Source: Fibrobacter succinogenes subsp. succinogenes S85
Lineage (GTDB): Bacteria; Fibrobacterota; Fibrobacteria; Fibrobacterales; Fibrobacteraceae
Length of the DNA stretch: 32,000 nt
NCBI RefSeq assembly: GCF_000146505.1
Contig: NC_017448.1
Location: forward strand, 870,001-902,000
Reading direction: 5' to 3'
Below the pieces are notes generated by a model, which did no database searches, was not told the origin of the DNA, and saw only the letters and a program-made list of their open reading frames with translations. Each line of letters starts with the position of its first letter. Within the stretch, counting starts at the first letter, position 1. The translations under genes and the position numbers were made by a program. This document shows positions 1 to 7,641 of this stretch, piece by piece.

Positions 1-33
1 TAAGCATATTTGTGATACTCCAAACCAACCCCA

Positions 34-82
34 GACTCGGCAAGATGCGTACTCCTACGATATTGCCGAGTCGCTTTTTTTA
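34..82 (+). terminator. Rho-independent terminator-like hairpin plus T-tract, probably ending a + strand gene upstream of the window
   Basis: 10-bp stem GACTCGGCAA (34-43) / TTGCCGAGTC (63-72) with an inner CGTA/TACG stem, followed by GCTTTTTTTA (73-82). It also lies just 3' of the minus-strand lipoprotein gene, so it may act in both directions. Confidence 0.55.
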
Positions 83-95
83 TTACCCTTTTCTA

Positions 96-611
96 TTACC
101 ACTTTGCAAGGGCGTTCGAAACAATCAAGTCCTGGAGCTTTTCAACGGCACGCGTCTGGCCATGGCGGTCTTCGGTCTCGTTCGCTTGGACGTCATAGAC
201 ACCATCCGCCGAGAGCGACTTGCTTTCGTAGATGATTCTTTCTTTTACGTTATCGTAAAATTTCACTTCAACGCGAATCGTCACGCGGTACGTTTCCACA
301 TCGCTATTGCTGTTATAGTTTTCGGGCTTGTTCGAATAGCTTAACAAAGTAATTTCAAAGTCGGCATTGGCATCGCTATTTACAAGACGCACACCACCCG
401 CATTGCGCTTGAACATATCAACGACTGCTGTATGGATGTTATTTGCAAGCACCGGATCCAAAGTTTTGTCCTCGACTTCATGGATATTGACCGTCTTGAT
501 GTGGCTCGGGAGCGTACTTGCAGTAAAGCTATAGCAACCCGAAAAAAAGCTTACCACCATGGCAAGCATCAAGGCGACAAACAGGCGAGAAATAAACTTA
601 TGGTAAAGCAT
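96..611 (-). CDS. Small outer-membrane lipoprotein, LptE/RlpB-like (LPS-assembly lipoprotein family, tentative)
   Basis: ORF 96..650. I prefer the internal ATG at 611, giving MLYHKFISRLFVALMLAMVVSFFSGC, a lipoprotein signal with lipobox FSGC. The mature ~150-aa beta-rich protein (IKTVNIHEVEDKT, ADFEITLLSY, YRVTIRVEVKFYD) resembles LptE-type proteins. The family call is by eye only. Confidence 0.45.
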   Translation of the reverse strand: MLYHKFISRLFVALMLAMVVSFFSGCYSFTASTLPSHIKTVNIHEVEDKTLDPVLANNIHTAVVDMFKRNAGGVRLVNSDANADFEITLLSYSNKPENYNSNSDVETYRVTIRVEVKFYDNVKERIIYESKSLSADGVYDVQANETEDRHGQTRAVEKLQDLIVSNALAKW

Positions 612-680
612 AATCACAATGTAGAAAAACACCCCGCAGCGCAAAGCCACAGGGTGTTCAAAATTCTACAGAACTAAACC

Positions 681-1064
681 TTATTTCTTCTGGGTTCTGC
701 GATAACCGCGACGAATCGTTTCCGTAGTGCGCTGGAACGGCATCGTCATGATGGTCGGGTTGTTACCGTTACTTGCATAGCAGTAAGAGTAAGCTTCCTT
801 CACGACCGTCATCTGGTAAACATACGGACCCGTAGCGAGCAAACGACCCTTGTCCGTAACCGGATACATCTTGATCGTAGCAAGCATAGCACCCGTAGAG
901 CCATACATCGGAGTTTCACCGCAGCCCGGCACCTTCACGCCTGCAGACTTCGTAGAAGAACGCAAGCCGTTCAAGGCGTTTTCAAATTCTTCCTGTGTCA
1001 CGCGCTTGCTGTACTGGTTCACAAAGTGGCCGAGGTGGTCAAACACGCGAATATTCACATGGAA
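681..1064 (-). other. Shared C-terminal module (copy 1 of 3): beta-sandwich-like segment plus basic tail
   Basis: FHVNIRVFDHLGHFVNQY ... ATGPYVYQMTVV ... TIRRGYRRTQKK-end. The same motif order is found at the C-termini of both giant GH9 proteins. Confidence 0.55.
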
Positions 1065-3374
1065 CGGCTGTGTGGTCGGGAAAGACCAGCTCGTGCAAGA
1101 TTCGTTACTCTTCTTGCCCGGAACGTTTGCAGAACCGTCGTTATAGCAGAGAGTTTTGTTTGCATCCTGGCCTGCACCATAGACAACGCCTGTACCAACC
1201 GGGACAGTCGTAGCCCCCTGAGCACCAGAAGTCATAAGCACCTTGGCGCTATCCTTAGCCCACTTGAGCGGATCAACGTTATTGACAGCCGGAATCGGAG
1301 TCAAAACAAGGTCAGCAGTCATGTCGGTCGGAATCGTACCGCTACCAGCCAAGTCCGTAAGTGCCTGGGATTCATTCGTAAAGTCCGGACGGTCATAAGC
1401 AGGGTCGTCAGGCACCACAGGAGTCGTAGCCACTGCAGTATAAGAAATCTTACCCCACTTTTCACGTTCATCGAAGCCTTCCACATGCTTGCCAGAGCTC
1501 GATGCCACATAGAAAGTCACCTTCTGAGACCAGGCCATCAACTGAGCCCATTCCTGTGCAGTATAGTTACCACCATTGCCATCATCGTTAAGTCCCTGGC
1601 TATACGGAACGTTGAATGCCAAGCGGTCATCGCCCAGGAGGCCACCTTCAACAACGTTACCATTAAGGTCCTTCACGACACCTTCAAACTGGTACATCTG
1701 GCCATCGGCACCCTTGTCAATCGGGCCAGTCATCGAAGTCACATAGAAGCCATAAACCATCGTCACCTTCTGGCCGTTAGCATCGGTCACTTCGCGCAAC
1801 ACAACCATGGACGGCACATTCGGATTGTTGATAGCAATAAGGCTAGAGTCTGCCAGCGGGACGTTCATGTACATGCTGTTGTGAGAAATACCGTTTTCGT
1901 CCACCTTCACGACGACATCGCTAACAGTCGGCTGACCATAACGGGACGGAGCAAGTTCGGCAAGAGACGTACGGATGTAAATGTTGGAACCATCGGACTG
2001 ACGGTCTGCATAGAAGAAGTGCAAATGATGCCAAGTATCATCGGCCCAGCCAGTTGCATCAGAAGCGCCGGAGCAGTTCGTGTAACCGGAAAGCGGTTCA
2101 CCGACATGGCAACCATGATTGTTCCTTGCAAGAACTTCAATATCGACCTTACCCGGAGCAGACAAGTGCGTACCGCCCAAGTCCACGACAAGCACGCCAT
2201 CAACAAAGATCCACATGTCATCGTCACCAGCGAATTCAAACACTTCGTGTGACGGAGTCTGGTTTGTAGTCTTGTACTTGAAGCTTGCGTAACCCATCAT
2301 GGTAAAGGCGTAGTTGCGGAGGTGCTGCAAGCCGAGGCTTCCATTCATCACAGCAGCCTGCCATGCGGCGCTATGTCCACTGCCATTTTCAACAGCACGC
2401 GGGCCACCCTGATTCAACCAGTCCTGACAAAGCTTAGCCGTATTCTGGTTCAAGAAGTCAGCCTGGTCCTTGGCATACTGGTAGTTGTAAGGCGGGCAGA
2501 AAATTGAGAGCGTCTGCGGGTCATACTGGTCACACACACCGTTCGGCTGGATCGAAGCATTACAGGGCTTGTTCATTACCCATTCTCTTGTAACCGGGTT
2601 GATGCTATCCAGCGGAGAATAACCACCATTGTTATAGTTATAGTCGTAAATGTAGTACTTGGTACCAGCAGGATCCTTCGGGATATCCATTGTTGTGTTG
2701 ACACGCTTGTTCTGGCCCGGAACATCAAGATACCACTGTTCAAAGAACTGGTTGTCGCAGCGTTCGTTCATCTTGCTGATGACGACACCGTCATACATAT
2801 CAATCTTGCCGTCAGCACCAGGAGCAGCAAAAATCAAATAAGGATTCACCATGCCCGGCGTGTAAATAACCGGATTGGACCAGTTTGTACCACCATTCGG
2901 GCATTTGTAACCACTCACGTCATTCTGGGCATTCTTGTAACCACGCTGCGTCCATCCCTGAGTAGACTTCTGGGAACATTCACCATACTCCAAGACAGGA
3001 CCAGCAGAAACAGTCTGTAAATAGGCCGGGAGATACGGATTCACCTGTCTCGGGAAACCATCAGTACCAATTTCGGCACCGACAATACCCGGCTGGAACG
3101 TATTCATGTTACCACAAGTATTATGATACGGTACATTGGCATACCAGACTGCATCGTAACCATACAAGTTCATTGCAGCACCGGTAGAAGTCCTGTAATT
3201 GTAAATTTCATTCAGATGATTAACGGATTCTTCCGAGAAATTTTCAAAGTCAGGGTGATTCGGCTGGAAATCGCGAATCACAATATCCAATGTGCGGACA
3301 TCCTGGGTCTGGGCAAAAGTAGCAACGGAACAACCAAACAGAGCACCGAGGGTAATCCATCTATATAATTTCAT
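681..3374 (-). CDS. Fibro-slime domain protein: secreted PA14-like cellulose-adhesion family protein with a basic C-terminal tail
   Basis: ORF 681..3464. Start moved to the ATG at 3374 (MKLYRWITLGALFGCSVATFAQ is a signal peptide; GGAG lies ~12 nt upstream). The N-terminal LDIVIRDFQPNHPDFENF and the core FEFAGDDDMWIFVDGVLVVDLGGTHLSAPG are hallmark fibro-slime/PA14-like motifs. The protein ends in RRGYRRTQKK. Confidence 0.85.
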   Translation of the reverse strand: MKLYRWITLGALFGCSVATFAQTQDVRTLDIVIRDFQPNHPDFENFSEESVNHLNEIYNYRTSTGAAMNLYGYDAVWYANVPYHNTCGNMNTFQPGIVGAEIGTDGFPRQVNPYLPAYLQTVSAGPVLEYGECSQKSTQGWTQRGYKNAQNDVSGYKCPNGGTNWSNPVIYTPGMVNPYLIFAAPGADGKIDMYDGVVISKMNERCDNQFFEQWYLDVPGQNKRVNTTMDIPKDPAGTKYYIYDYNYNNGGYSPLDSINPVTREWVMNKPCNASIQPNGVCDQYDPQTLSIFCPPYNYQYAKDQADFLNQNTAKLCQDWLNQGGPRAVENGSGHSAAWQAAVMNGSLGLQHLRNYAFTMMGYASFKYKTTNQTPSHEVFEFAGDDDMWIFVDGVLVVDLGGTHLSAPGKVDIEVLARNNHGCHVGEPLSGYTNCSGASDATGWADDTWHHLHFFYADRQSDGSNIYIRTSLAELAPSRYGQPTVSDVVVKVDENGISHNSMYMNVPLADSSLIAINNPNVPSMVVLREVTDANGQKVTMVYGFYVTSMTGPIDKGADGQMYQFEGVVKDLNGNVVEGGLLGDDRLAFNVPYSQGLNDDGNGGNYTAQEWAQLMAWSQKVTFYVASSSGKHVEGFDEREKWGKISYTAVATTPVVPDDPAYDRPDFTNESQALTDLAGSGTIPTDMTADLVLTPIPAVNNVDPLKWAKDSAKVLMTSGAQGATTVPVGTGVVYGAGQDANKTLCYNDGSANVPGKKSNESCTSWSFPTTQPFHVNIRVFDHLGHFVNQYSKRVTQEEFENALNGLRSSTKSAGVKVPGCGETPMYGSTGAMLATIKMYPVTDKGRLLATGPYVYQMTVVKEAYSYCYASNGNNPTIMTMPFQRTTETIRRGYRRTQKK
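1950..3293 (-). other. Fibro-slime (PA14-like) domain region of the 681..3374 protein
   Basis: Runs from IRDFQPNHPDFENF to FFYADRQSDGSNIYIRTSL and includes the GDDDMWIFVDG...DLGG motif. Boundaries are approximate. Confidence 0.6.
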
Positions 3375-3577
3375 AATAATCCAATCTCCACCTAAGGATA
3401 GGTTACAACAATTCCACCTAAATATAAACCAAATAAAATGAAAAGAGGTCCTATTATAATGCAAAATATATGTAAAAACAGAAAATCTTGAGAAAAGCCG
3501 GCAAGTTCCGTATTATATCCACAAAAACACTAGGCCTTCTATGTTTTTTCCAAGTGGATTATCTATTTTTTCCGCCC

Positions 3578-4237
3578 ATGAATTGGTCCATTGTTTTCTT
3601 TGTCATCATGATGCTCCTGTTGTTGCGCATTTTGCGCCTAAGAATCCGCGCCAACAGCACCCGTTCGGAATCTTTCAAGCGACTTCCACCCAAAGACCAG
3701 CTTGCAGTCCTCAAAGAATGCCTATTAAACAACCCTTCTGAGGCCAATCTAAAGAATTTAGCGGAATTTAGCGAGCGAACATCTATAAAAATTGACGTCG
3801 AAAGCTACCGTCCGTTCCTCAAGTCGCAGTTGGAAATTTTCGGCCGCAAGGATGCCATTGCCGAAGACAACGAGCTTTACGCCAAAGAATGTGAATGGAT
3901 GGACAAAATTACGCCAATCGAATTTGAAGAAGCCGAATCGTTCAGGCAAGCAAACGAGACTCAAAAGTACATTGAGCGCACCCTTGAAGGCATCGCCCGC
4001 CTGTACTCCGATGAAGCGATTCTGGAGACTCTTGCTAAAATCGCCCCGGACTACCCGCACGCAAGCGAGCTGACCGAAAGCTACAAGCAGCTCATGCAAG
4101 CCCGCGACGAAAGTGGCGCTGACGACAAGTCTCTCGAAGCCCTCCGCAAGCAAAAAAACGCCTGGGAAGAAGACCTCTTGAACGTAAAATTAGTAGACAG
4201 TAGGAAGTTGGCAGAACCTAGCCCGCTCCGCTCTTAG
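3578..4237 (+). CDS. Hypothetical N-terminally membrane-anchored protein, helical and acidic
   Basis: ORF 3488..4237 begins with TTG. The first ATG at 3578 gives MNWSIVFFVIMMLLLLRILRLRIR (a TM anchor) followed by a charged, helical-looking 190 aa. No family recognised. Confidence 0.55.
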   Translation: MNWSIVFFVIMMLLLLRILRLRIRANSTRSESFKRLPPKDQLAVLKECLLNNPSEANLKNLAEFSERTSIKIDVESYRPFLKSQLEIFGRKDAIAEDNELYAKECEWMDKITPIEFEEAESFRQANETQKYIERTLEGIARLYSDEAILETLAKIAPDYPHASELTESYKQLMQARDESGADDKSLEALRKQKNAWEEDLLNVKLVDSRKLAEPSPLRS

Positions 4238-4297
4238 AACTTAGTTGGCAGAACTTAGTTGACAGAGCTTAAAGAGAATGCATTGTTCTAAGTTCTA
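4189..4297. repeat. Heptad-phased short repeats plus a 10-bp inverted repeat spanning a convergent gene junction
   Basis: GTAGACA GTAGGAA GTTGGCA (4193-4213), then GAACTTA GTTGGCA GAACTTA GTTGACA GAGCTTA (4237-4271). TAGAACTTAG (4235-4244) is the exact reverse complement of CTAAGTTCTA (4287-4296). The palindrome AATGCATT lies in the loop. Confidence 0.7.
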
Positions 4298-4642
4298 TTT
4301 CTCCAAAAAATCCAACGCTTCGCCGGCAAGTTCCACACAGCGGTTGCACGGGATAATCTTGTTCGGGCGGATTTCCTGACACTTGGTGCAGCCCTGAGCG
4401 CCGCGCTTAAAGACATCTTCAATCGATTCAGCATGGTCGGGTTGCATCATCTTCGCCGCATAGAGCGCCCCGCACAAGCCGTCCGGAGCCTTTCCGCCAC
4501 CAAAAGCACGGAACATTTCGGCAGCCTTCACTGCCTCTTCTTCGGACTTGCCTGTTGCTCGCGCATAGCCATAAGCAACCGCCATGGCACAGTTACCGCG
4601 CTTATCCGCATGGAATTTCTTTGAAAATTCGGCAATCGACAT
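4295..4642 (-). CDS. C_GCAxxG_C_C family putative redox-active protein
   Basis: ORF 4295..4741. I prefer the ATG at 4642 because AAGGAG lies 6-7 nt upstream. The motif order is GNCAMAVAYGY ... GLCGALYAAKM ... GCTKCQEIR ... IPCNRCVELAGEAL, which fits the C / GCAxxG-like / C / C layout. Confidence 0.55.
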   Translation of the reverse strand: MSIAEFSKKFHADKRGNCAMAVAYGYARATGKSEEEAVKAAEMFRAFGGGKAPDGLCGALYAAKMMQPDHAESIEDVFKRGAQGCTKCQEIRPNKIIPCNRCVELAGEALDFLEK

Positions 4643-4770
4643 AAAAGCTCCTTTTACATTGTCATGCCGGCCTCCGTGTTCTTTGACCACTTGCGCTTTA
4701 GCGCTTATGTGGTCATGATCCGCGAATGGGGACGGCATCACCTTTTCTTATAAATATATATATTCTAGAC

Positions 4771-4935
4771 ATGCCTAACAAAAACAACGACATTCAAAAT
4801 CTTGACCTTGACCAGCTCATCGGCAACATGAGCTCCATCAACAGCGAAGACTACTGGTTCACCAAAGTCTCAAAAATTGAGGAATACGACGAATCCGCAC
4901 CGCAAAAGCCGGATTCCGAGAGTCACCAAAGGTGA
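4771..4935 (+). CDS. Possible small acidic hypothetical protein (54 aa)
   Basis: An ATG at 4771 follows an AT-rich TATATATATTCTAGAC stretch, and the stop codon abuts a hairpin. There is no recognisable family and no clear SD, so it may not be a gene. Confidence 0.25.
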   Translation: MPNKNNDIQNLDLDQLIGNMSSINSEDYWFTKVSKIEEYDESAPQKPDSESHQR

Positions 4936-4960
4936 TCCCCGAATAAGTCGGGGATGACAT
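4932..4960. repeat. REP-like palindromic element (copy A)
   Basis: GTGATCCCCGA-ataag-TCGGGGATGAC: an 8-bp perfect stem (4935-4942 / 4948-4955), extendable with one mismatch. Same arm consensus as the 10703..10738 hairpin. Confidence 0.45.
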
Positions 4961-4988
4961 TGCAAAAAATTTCATTAGAAACAAAAGA

Positions 4989-5012
4989 CCCTGCAAAAAC
5001 TTGCAGGGTTTT
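4989..5012. terminator. Bidirectional rho-independent terminator (serves pgk on the minus strand)
   Basis: CCCTGCAA-aaac-TTGCAGGG followed by TTTT on the + strand. On the minus strand the same hairpin is followed by TCTTTTGTTTC. It lies 23 nt past the pgk stop. Confidence 0.75.
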
Positions 5013-5034
5013 AAAATCCAAATATTAATTTGAA

Positions 5035-6291
5035 TTACTTGTCAGTAAGCACTGCAACGCCCGGAAGAACCTTGCCTTCCAAGAGTTCGAGGGAAGCGCC
5101 ACCACCCGTAGAGGTGTGGGTCACCTTCTTGTCAGCGCCGTACTTCTTGGCAGCCGTAGCGGTATCGCCACCACCGATCACGGTGATTGCGCCAGCAGCG
5201 GTAGCTTCGACGATAGCGTCAGCCATAGCCTTGGTAGCCTTTTCGAAAGCTTCGAATTCGAACACGCCTGCAGGACCGTTCCAAACGATGGTCTTTGCGG
5301 ACTTGATAGCGTTCACGAAGAGCTTGGTGGATTCAGCGCCCACATCGAGGCCCATCCAGCCAGCCGGAATGCCTTCGGCGTCAGAGACAGCCTTGGTAGC
5401 AGCGTCGGCAGCGAACTTGTCAGCAGCGATGTAGTCAACCGGGAGGATGATTTCCTTGCCGGCAGCCTTGGCCTTGGCCATCAGATCCGGAACGAGCTTG
5501 GCACCTTCTTCGTCAAACAAAGAAGAACCGATTTCGATGTTGTTGAGAACCTTCTTGAAGGTGAAAGCCATGCCACCGCCGATGATGATCTTGTCGGCCT
5601 TGTCGAGGAGGTTGTTGATGAGCTGGATCTTGTCAGCGACCTTTGCACCGCCGAGGATGGCAAGGAACGGACGCGGAGGATTGTTGAGGACCTGGTCGAA
5701 TGCCTTGAGTTCCTTGTTCATGAGGAAACCAGCGGCACGCTGCGGGAGTTCAACACCAGTCATGGAAGAGTGATCGCGATGAGCGGTACCGAAAGCGTCG
5801 TTCACGTAGACGTCAGCGAGCTTGGTGAGGCTTGCGCGGAATGCCTTGACGGCTTCCTTGTCGGCCTTTTCCTTAGTTTCGGTGCCATCGGCGTTCTTGA
5901 TCTTACGCTTGCCTTCTTCTTCGATGTGGAAGCGGAGGTTTTCGAGGAGGATGATTTCACCCGGCTTGATAGCAGCGCAGGCAGCTTCAACTTCCGGACC
6001 AACGCAGTCCGGGAGGAACTTCACCGGCTTCTTGATGAGTTCTTCGAGCTTCTTAGCAACCGGAGCGAGTGTGTACTTCATGTTCTTTTCGCCATTCGGA
6101 CGGCCGAGGTGGGAAGCGAGCACGACTGCTGCACCCTTTTCGAGAGCGTACTGGATGGTCGGGAGAGCGGCTTCGATACGCTTGGTGTTGGTAATTTCGC
6201 CAGTCACCTTGTCCTGCGGAACGTTGAAGTCGACACGGATGAACACGCGCTTGCCGGCGAGTTCGAGATCTTCGATAGAAAGCTTTGCCAT
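5035..6291 (-). CDS. pgk: Phosphoglycerate kinase
   Basis: 418 aa with classic PGK motifs: RVDFNVP, SHLGRP, NLRFH.EE, AFGTAHR, GGAKV.DKI, GGGMA.TF, WNGP.GVFE, GGGD(T/S). Confidence 0.97.
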   Translation of the reverse strand: MAKLSIEDLELAGKRVFIRVDFNVPQDKVTGEITNTKRIEAALPTIQYALEKGAAVVLASHLGRPNGEKNMKYTLAPVAKKLEELIKKPVKFLPDCVGPEVEAACAAIKPGEIILLENLRFHIEEEGKRKIKNADGTETKEKADKEAVKAFRASLTKLADVYVNDAFGTAHRDHSSMTGVELPQRAAGFLMNKELKAFDQVLNNPPRPFLAILGGAKVADKIQLINNLLDKADKIIIGGGMAFTFKKVLNNIEIGSSLFDEEGAKLVPDLMAKAKAAGKEIILPVDYIAADKFAADAATKAVSDAEGIPAGWMGLDVGAESTKLFVNAIKSAKTIVWNGPAGVFEFEAFEKATKAMADAIVEATAAGAITVIGGGDTATAAKKYGADKKVTHTSTGGGASLELLEGKVLPGVAVLTDK

Positions 6292-6309
6292 TATAGCACC
6301 TTCTTTTTT

Positions 6310-6338
6310 AGGGTTAAAATTTTACGGCTGTAAATATA
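6310..6338 (-). promoter_or_regulatory. Candidate promoter/leader of pgk (TATATTTACAGCCGTAA ... TTAACCCT on the coding strand)
   Basis: The coding strand reads TATATTTACAGCCGTAAAATTTTAACCCT, ending 18 nt before the ATG. TATATTTA fits a Bacteroidota-like TAnnTTT(G/A) -7 element. The 10-mer TTTACAGCCG and the 8-mer TTAACCCT recur upstream of the fumarate hydratase gene. Confidence 0.4.
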
Positions 6339-6343
6339 GAAAA

Positions 6344-6371
6344 GACGAGAGACGAGAGAGGAGAGACGAGA
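6344..6371. repeat. Tandem heptamer repeat (GACGAGA)x4 with one variant (GAGGAGA)
   Basis: GACGAGA GACGAGA GAGGAGA GACGAGA read directly. This is a polypyrimidine tract on the pgk coding strand, just upstream of the putative pgk promoter. Confidence 0.8.
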
Positions 6372-6594
6372 GCTTTTTTCATTGGAAAAAGCATGAAGGT
6401 GAAACAGGGTACGTTTTGTAACCAGACTTTTACAAACAGAACGTTGAACCATACAATTAATTGATAATTTTATCACACCAATAATTTATTCATCCCTTTT
6501 GTGATTCTCCGCGTGAAAAAAAATTATATAATTCACTATCGGTGTTTTTTTTATATATTTTTCCAAAAAAATTGGATTATTCGGAGTAGATACG

Positions 6595-7641
6595 ATGAAG
6601 CGTTCTTTCTTATTGGCCTTATGCCTTTCCGCTGCAGCAGCTTTCGCTGGAGTTTATGATATCGCTGATTTTACGGCTAAAGATGCCGTTATGTCTGACA
6701 ATCAAGTTTTTGCCGCCAATGGTGGTCAGGAACTCAGCACCGCTTCCGTTGACGAAGCAGCTGCTGTTCCTTCTGGAAATATTGTTCTCCGTCAGAAGTT
6801 CGCCCAGGAATCTGGCCTTAACGCCTACCAGCTTTACATCGGTCAAGTTGGCGACGTTTCTTCCATGACCGCATTGAGCGTTCCTTCTACGGTTTCGTAC
6901 AAGAATGTCATTAAATCCAAACTTTACGTCCGTCGCGGCATGAAGCCGGGTGATGACGCCGAAAAGGTCTACTTTGACGGCAAGTACGTCTACATCCCGG
7001 GTGCAACATCCGCAATCACATTTGTGAACGGCATCGCCACTGAACTCAAGAGTGAAGCTCCGGCCGCTTCCGCAAGCTCCGCTCCGAAACAGGAATGCGA
7101 TGAATTCGATGTTTCTTGCGATGAAGACATCATTGCCGCAAAGAACAGCAAGAGCTACGATGTTTCTGGCGACTTGAACAGCACAAACTCCCGCGCAGAC
7201 TCCCGTGACTATTCCGCTTCCGCCGCAGCACAGGATGTCAAGGACCGCTTCGGTATCGCTGACGAAGTCCGCTTCTGGAGTGCAGTCGCCCTTTCCGCTG
7301 TTGCAGCGGGTAGTGCAGTCGTTGGTGTTCTCCAGCAGATGAAGGCTAGCGAAGCAGACAAGGCCTACAAGGATCTTGAAAAGGTCGCTAACAATGTCGA
7401 AGGCAAGATTAAGGAAGTTTGCAGTTCCATCAACAACTTTGACAGATGCGTCAAGTGGTACAAAACAGAAGCAACGCCTGAAACAAAGGCATTCATGATT
7501 GATGGTTGGTCTTACATTGACCTCCAGAACAGAATGAAGATCAACAAGGACACCAAGGATTCTTACGCTATGGGCCGCAACATCTGGTTCGGCGTCACAG
7601 CAGTTTCTTTGACTGCAGCTATCGTGTTGTTCGCATGGTAA
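6595..7641 (+). CDS. Hypothetical exported protein with an N-terminal signal peptide and a C-terminal hydrophobic tail
   Basis: MKRSFLLALCLSAAAAFAG is a signal peptide. There is an internal hydrophobic segment FWSAVALSAVAAGSAVVGVL and a terminal NIWFGVTAVSLTAAIVLFAW-stop. No family recognised. Confidence 0.6.
   Translation: MKRSFLLALCLSAAAAFAGVYDIADFTAKDAVMSDNQVFAANGGQELSTASVDEAAAVPSGNIVLRQKFAQESGLNAYQLYIGQVGDVSSMTALSVPSTVSYKNVIKSKLYVRRGMKPGDDAEKVYFDGKYVYIPGATSAITFVNGIATELKSEAPAASASSAPKQECDEFDVSCDEDIIAAKNSKSYDVSGDLNSTNSRADSRDYSASAAAQDVKDRFGIADEVRFWSAVALSAVAAGSAVVGVLQQMKASEADKAYKDLEKVANNVEGKIKEVCSSINNFDRCVKWYKTEATPETKAFMIDGWSYIDLQNRMKINKDTKDSYAMGRNIWFGVTAVSLTAAIVLFAW

Noticed and set aside
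12-344. 110-aa + strand ORF at the left edge.
   Set aside because: It overlaps the lipoprotein gene on the opposite strand, has no recognisable features, and starts inside a terminator hairpin.
1026-2252. 408-aa + strand ORF inside the fibro-slime gene. The same applies to the other long antisense ORFs: 5116..6333 (+, 405 aa), 12534..13736 (-, 400 aa), 14724..16388 (+, 554 aa) and 21811..22983 (-, 390 aa).
   Set aside because: Each lies entirely opposite a gene with strong, recognisable homology (fibro-slime, pgk, GH54, fumarate hydratase, GH9). Their translations are low-complexity and rich in R/S/V/H/C, with no motifs. Long stop-free antisense frames are expected opposite genes with this codon bias.
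3387-3421. Direct repeat TCCACCTAA x2 (3387-3395 and 3413-3421) upstream of the fibro-slime gene.
   Set aside because: It consists of only two 9-mers 26 nt apart, in an AT-rich divergent promoter region. The first copy overlaps the probable SD (GGTGGA on the coding strand). I cannot distinguish this from chance without genome-wide data.
3375-3464. N-terminal extensions offered by the ORF track: fibro-slime from 3464, C_GCAxxG from 4741, thioesterase from 11741, the hypothetical protein from TTG 3488, and GH9-1 from TTG 17602.
   Set aside because: The extensions encode implausible leader sequences with no signal peptide logic. In each case an internal start gives a proper signal peptide or TM segment, a good SD, or the family-typical length.
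7635-7641. ATGGTAATGG overlap between the 6595 ORF stop and the folB start, considered as a special coupling signal.
   Set aside because: Short start/stop overlaps are ordinary translational coupling in operons and nothing unusual.
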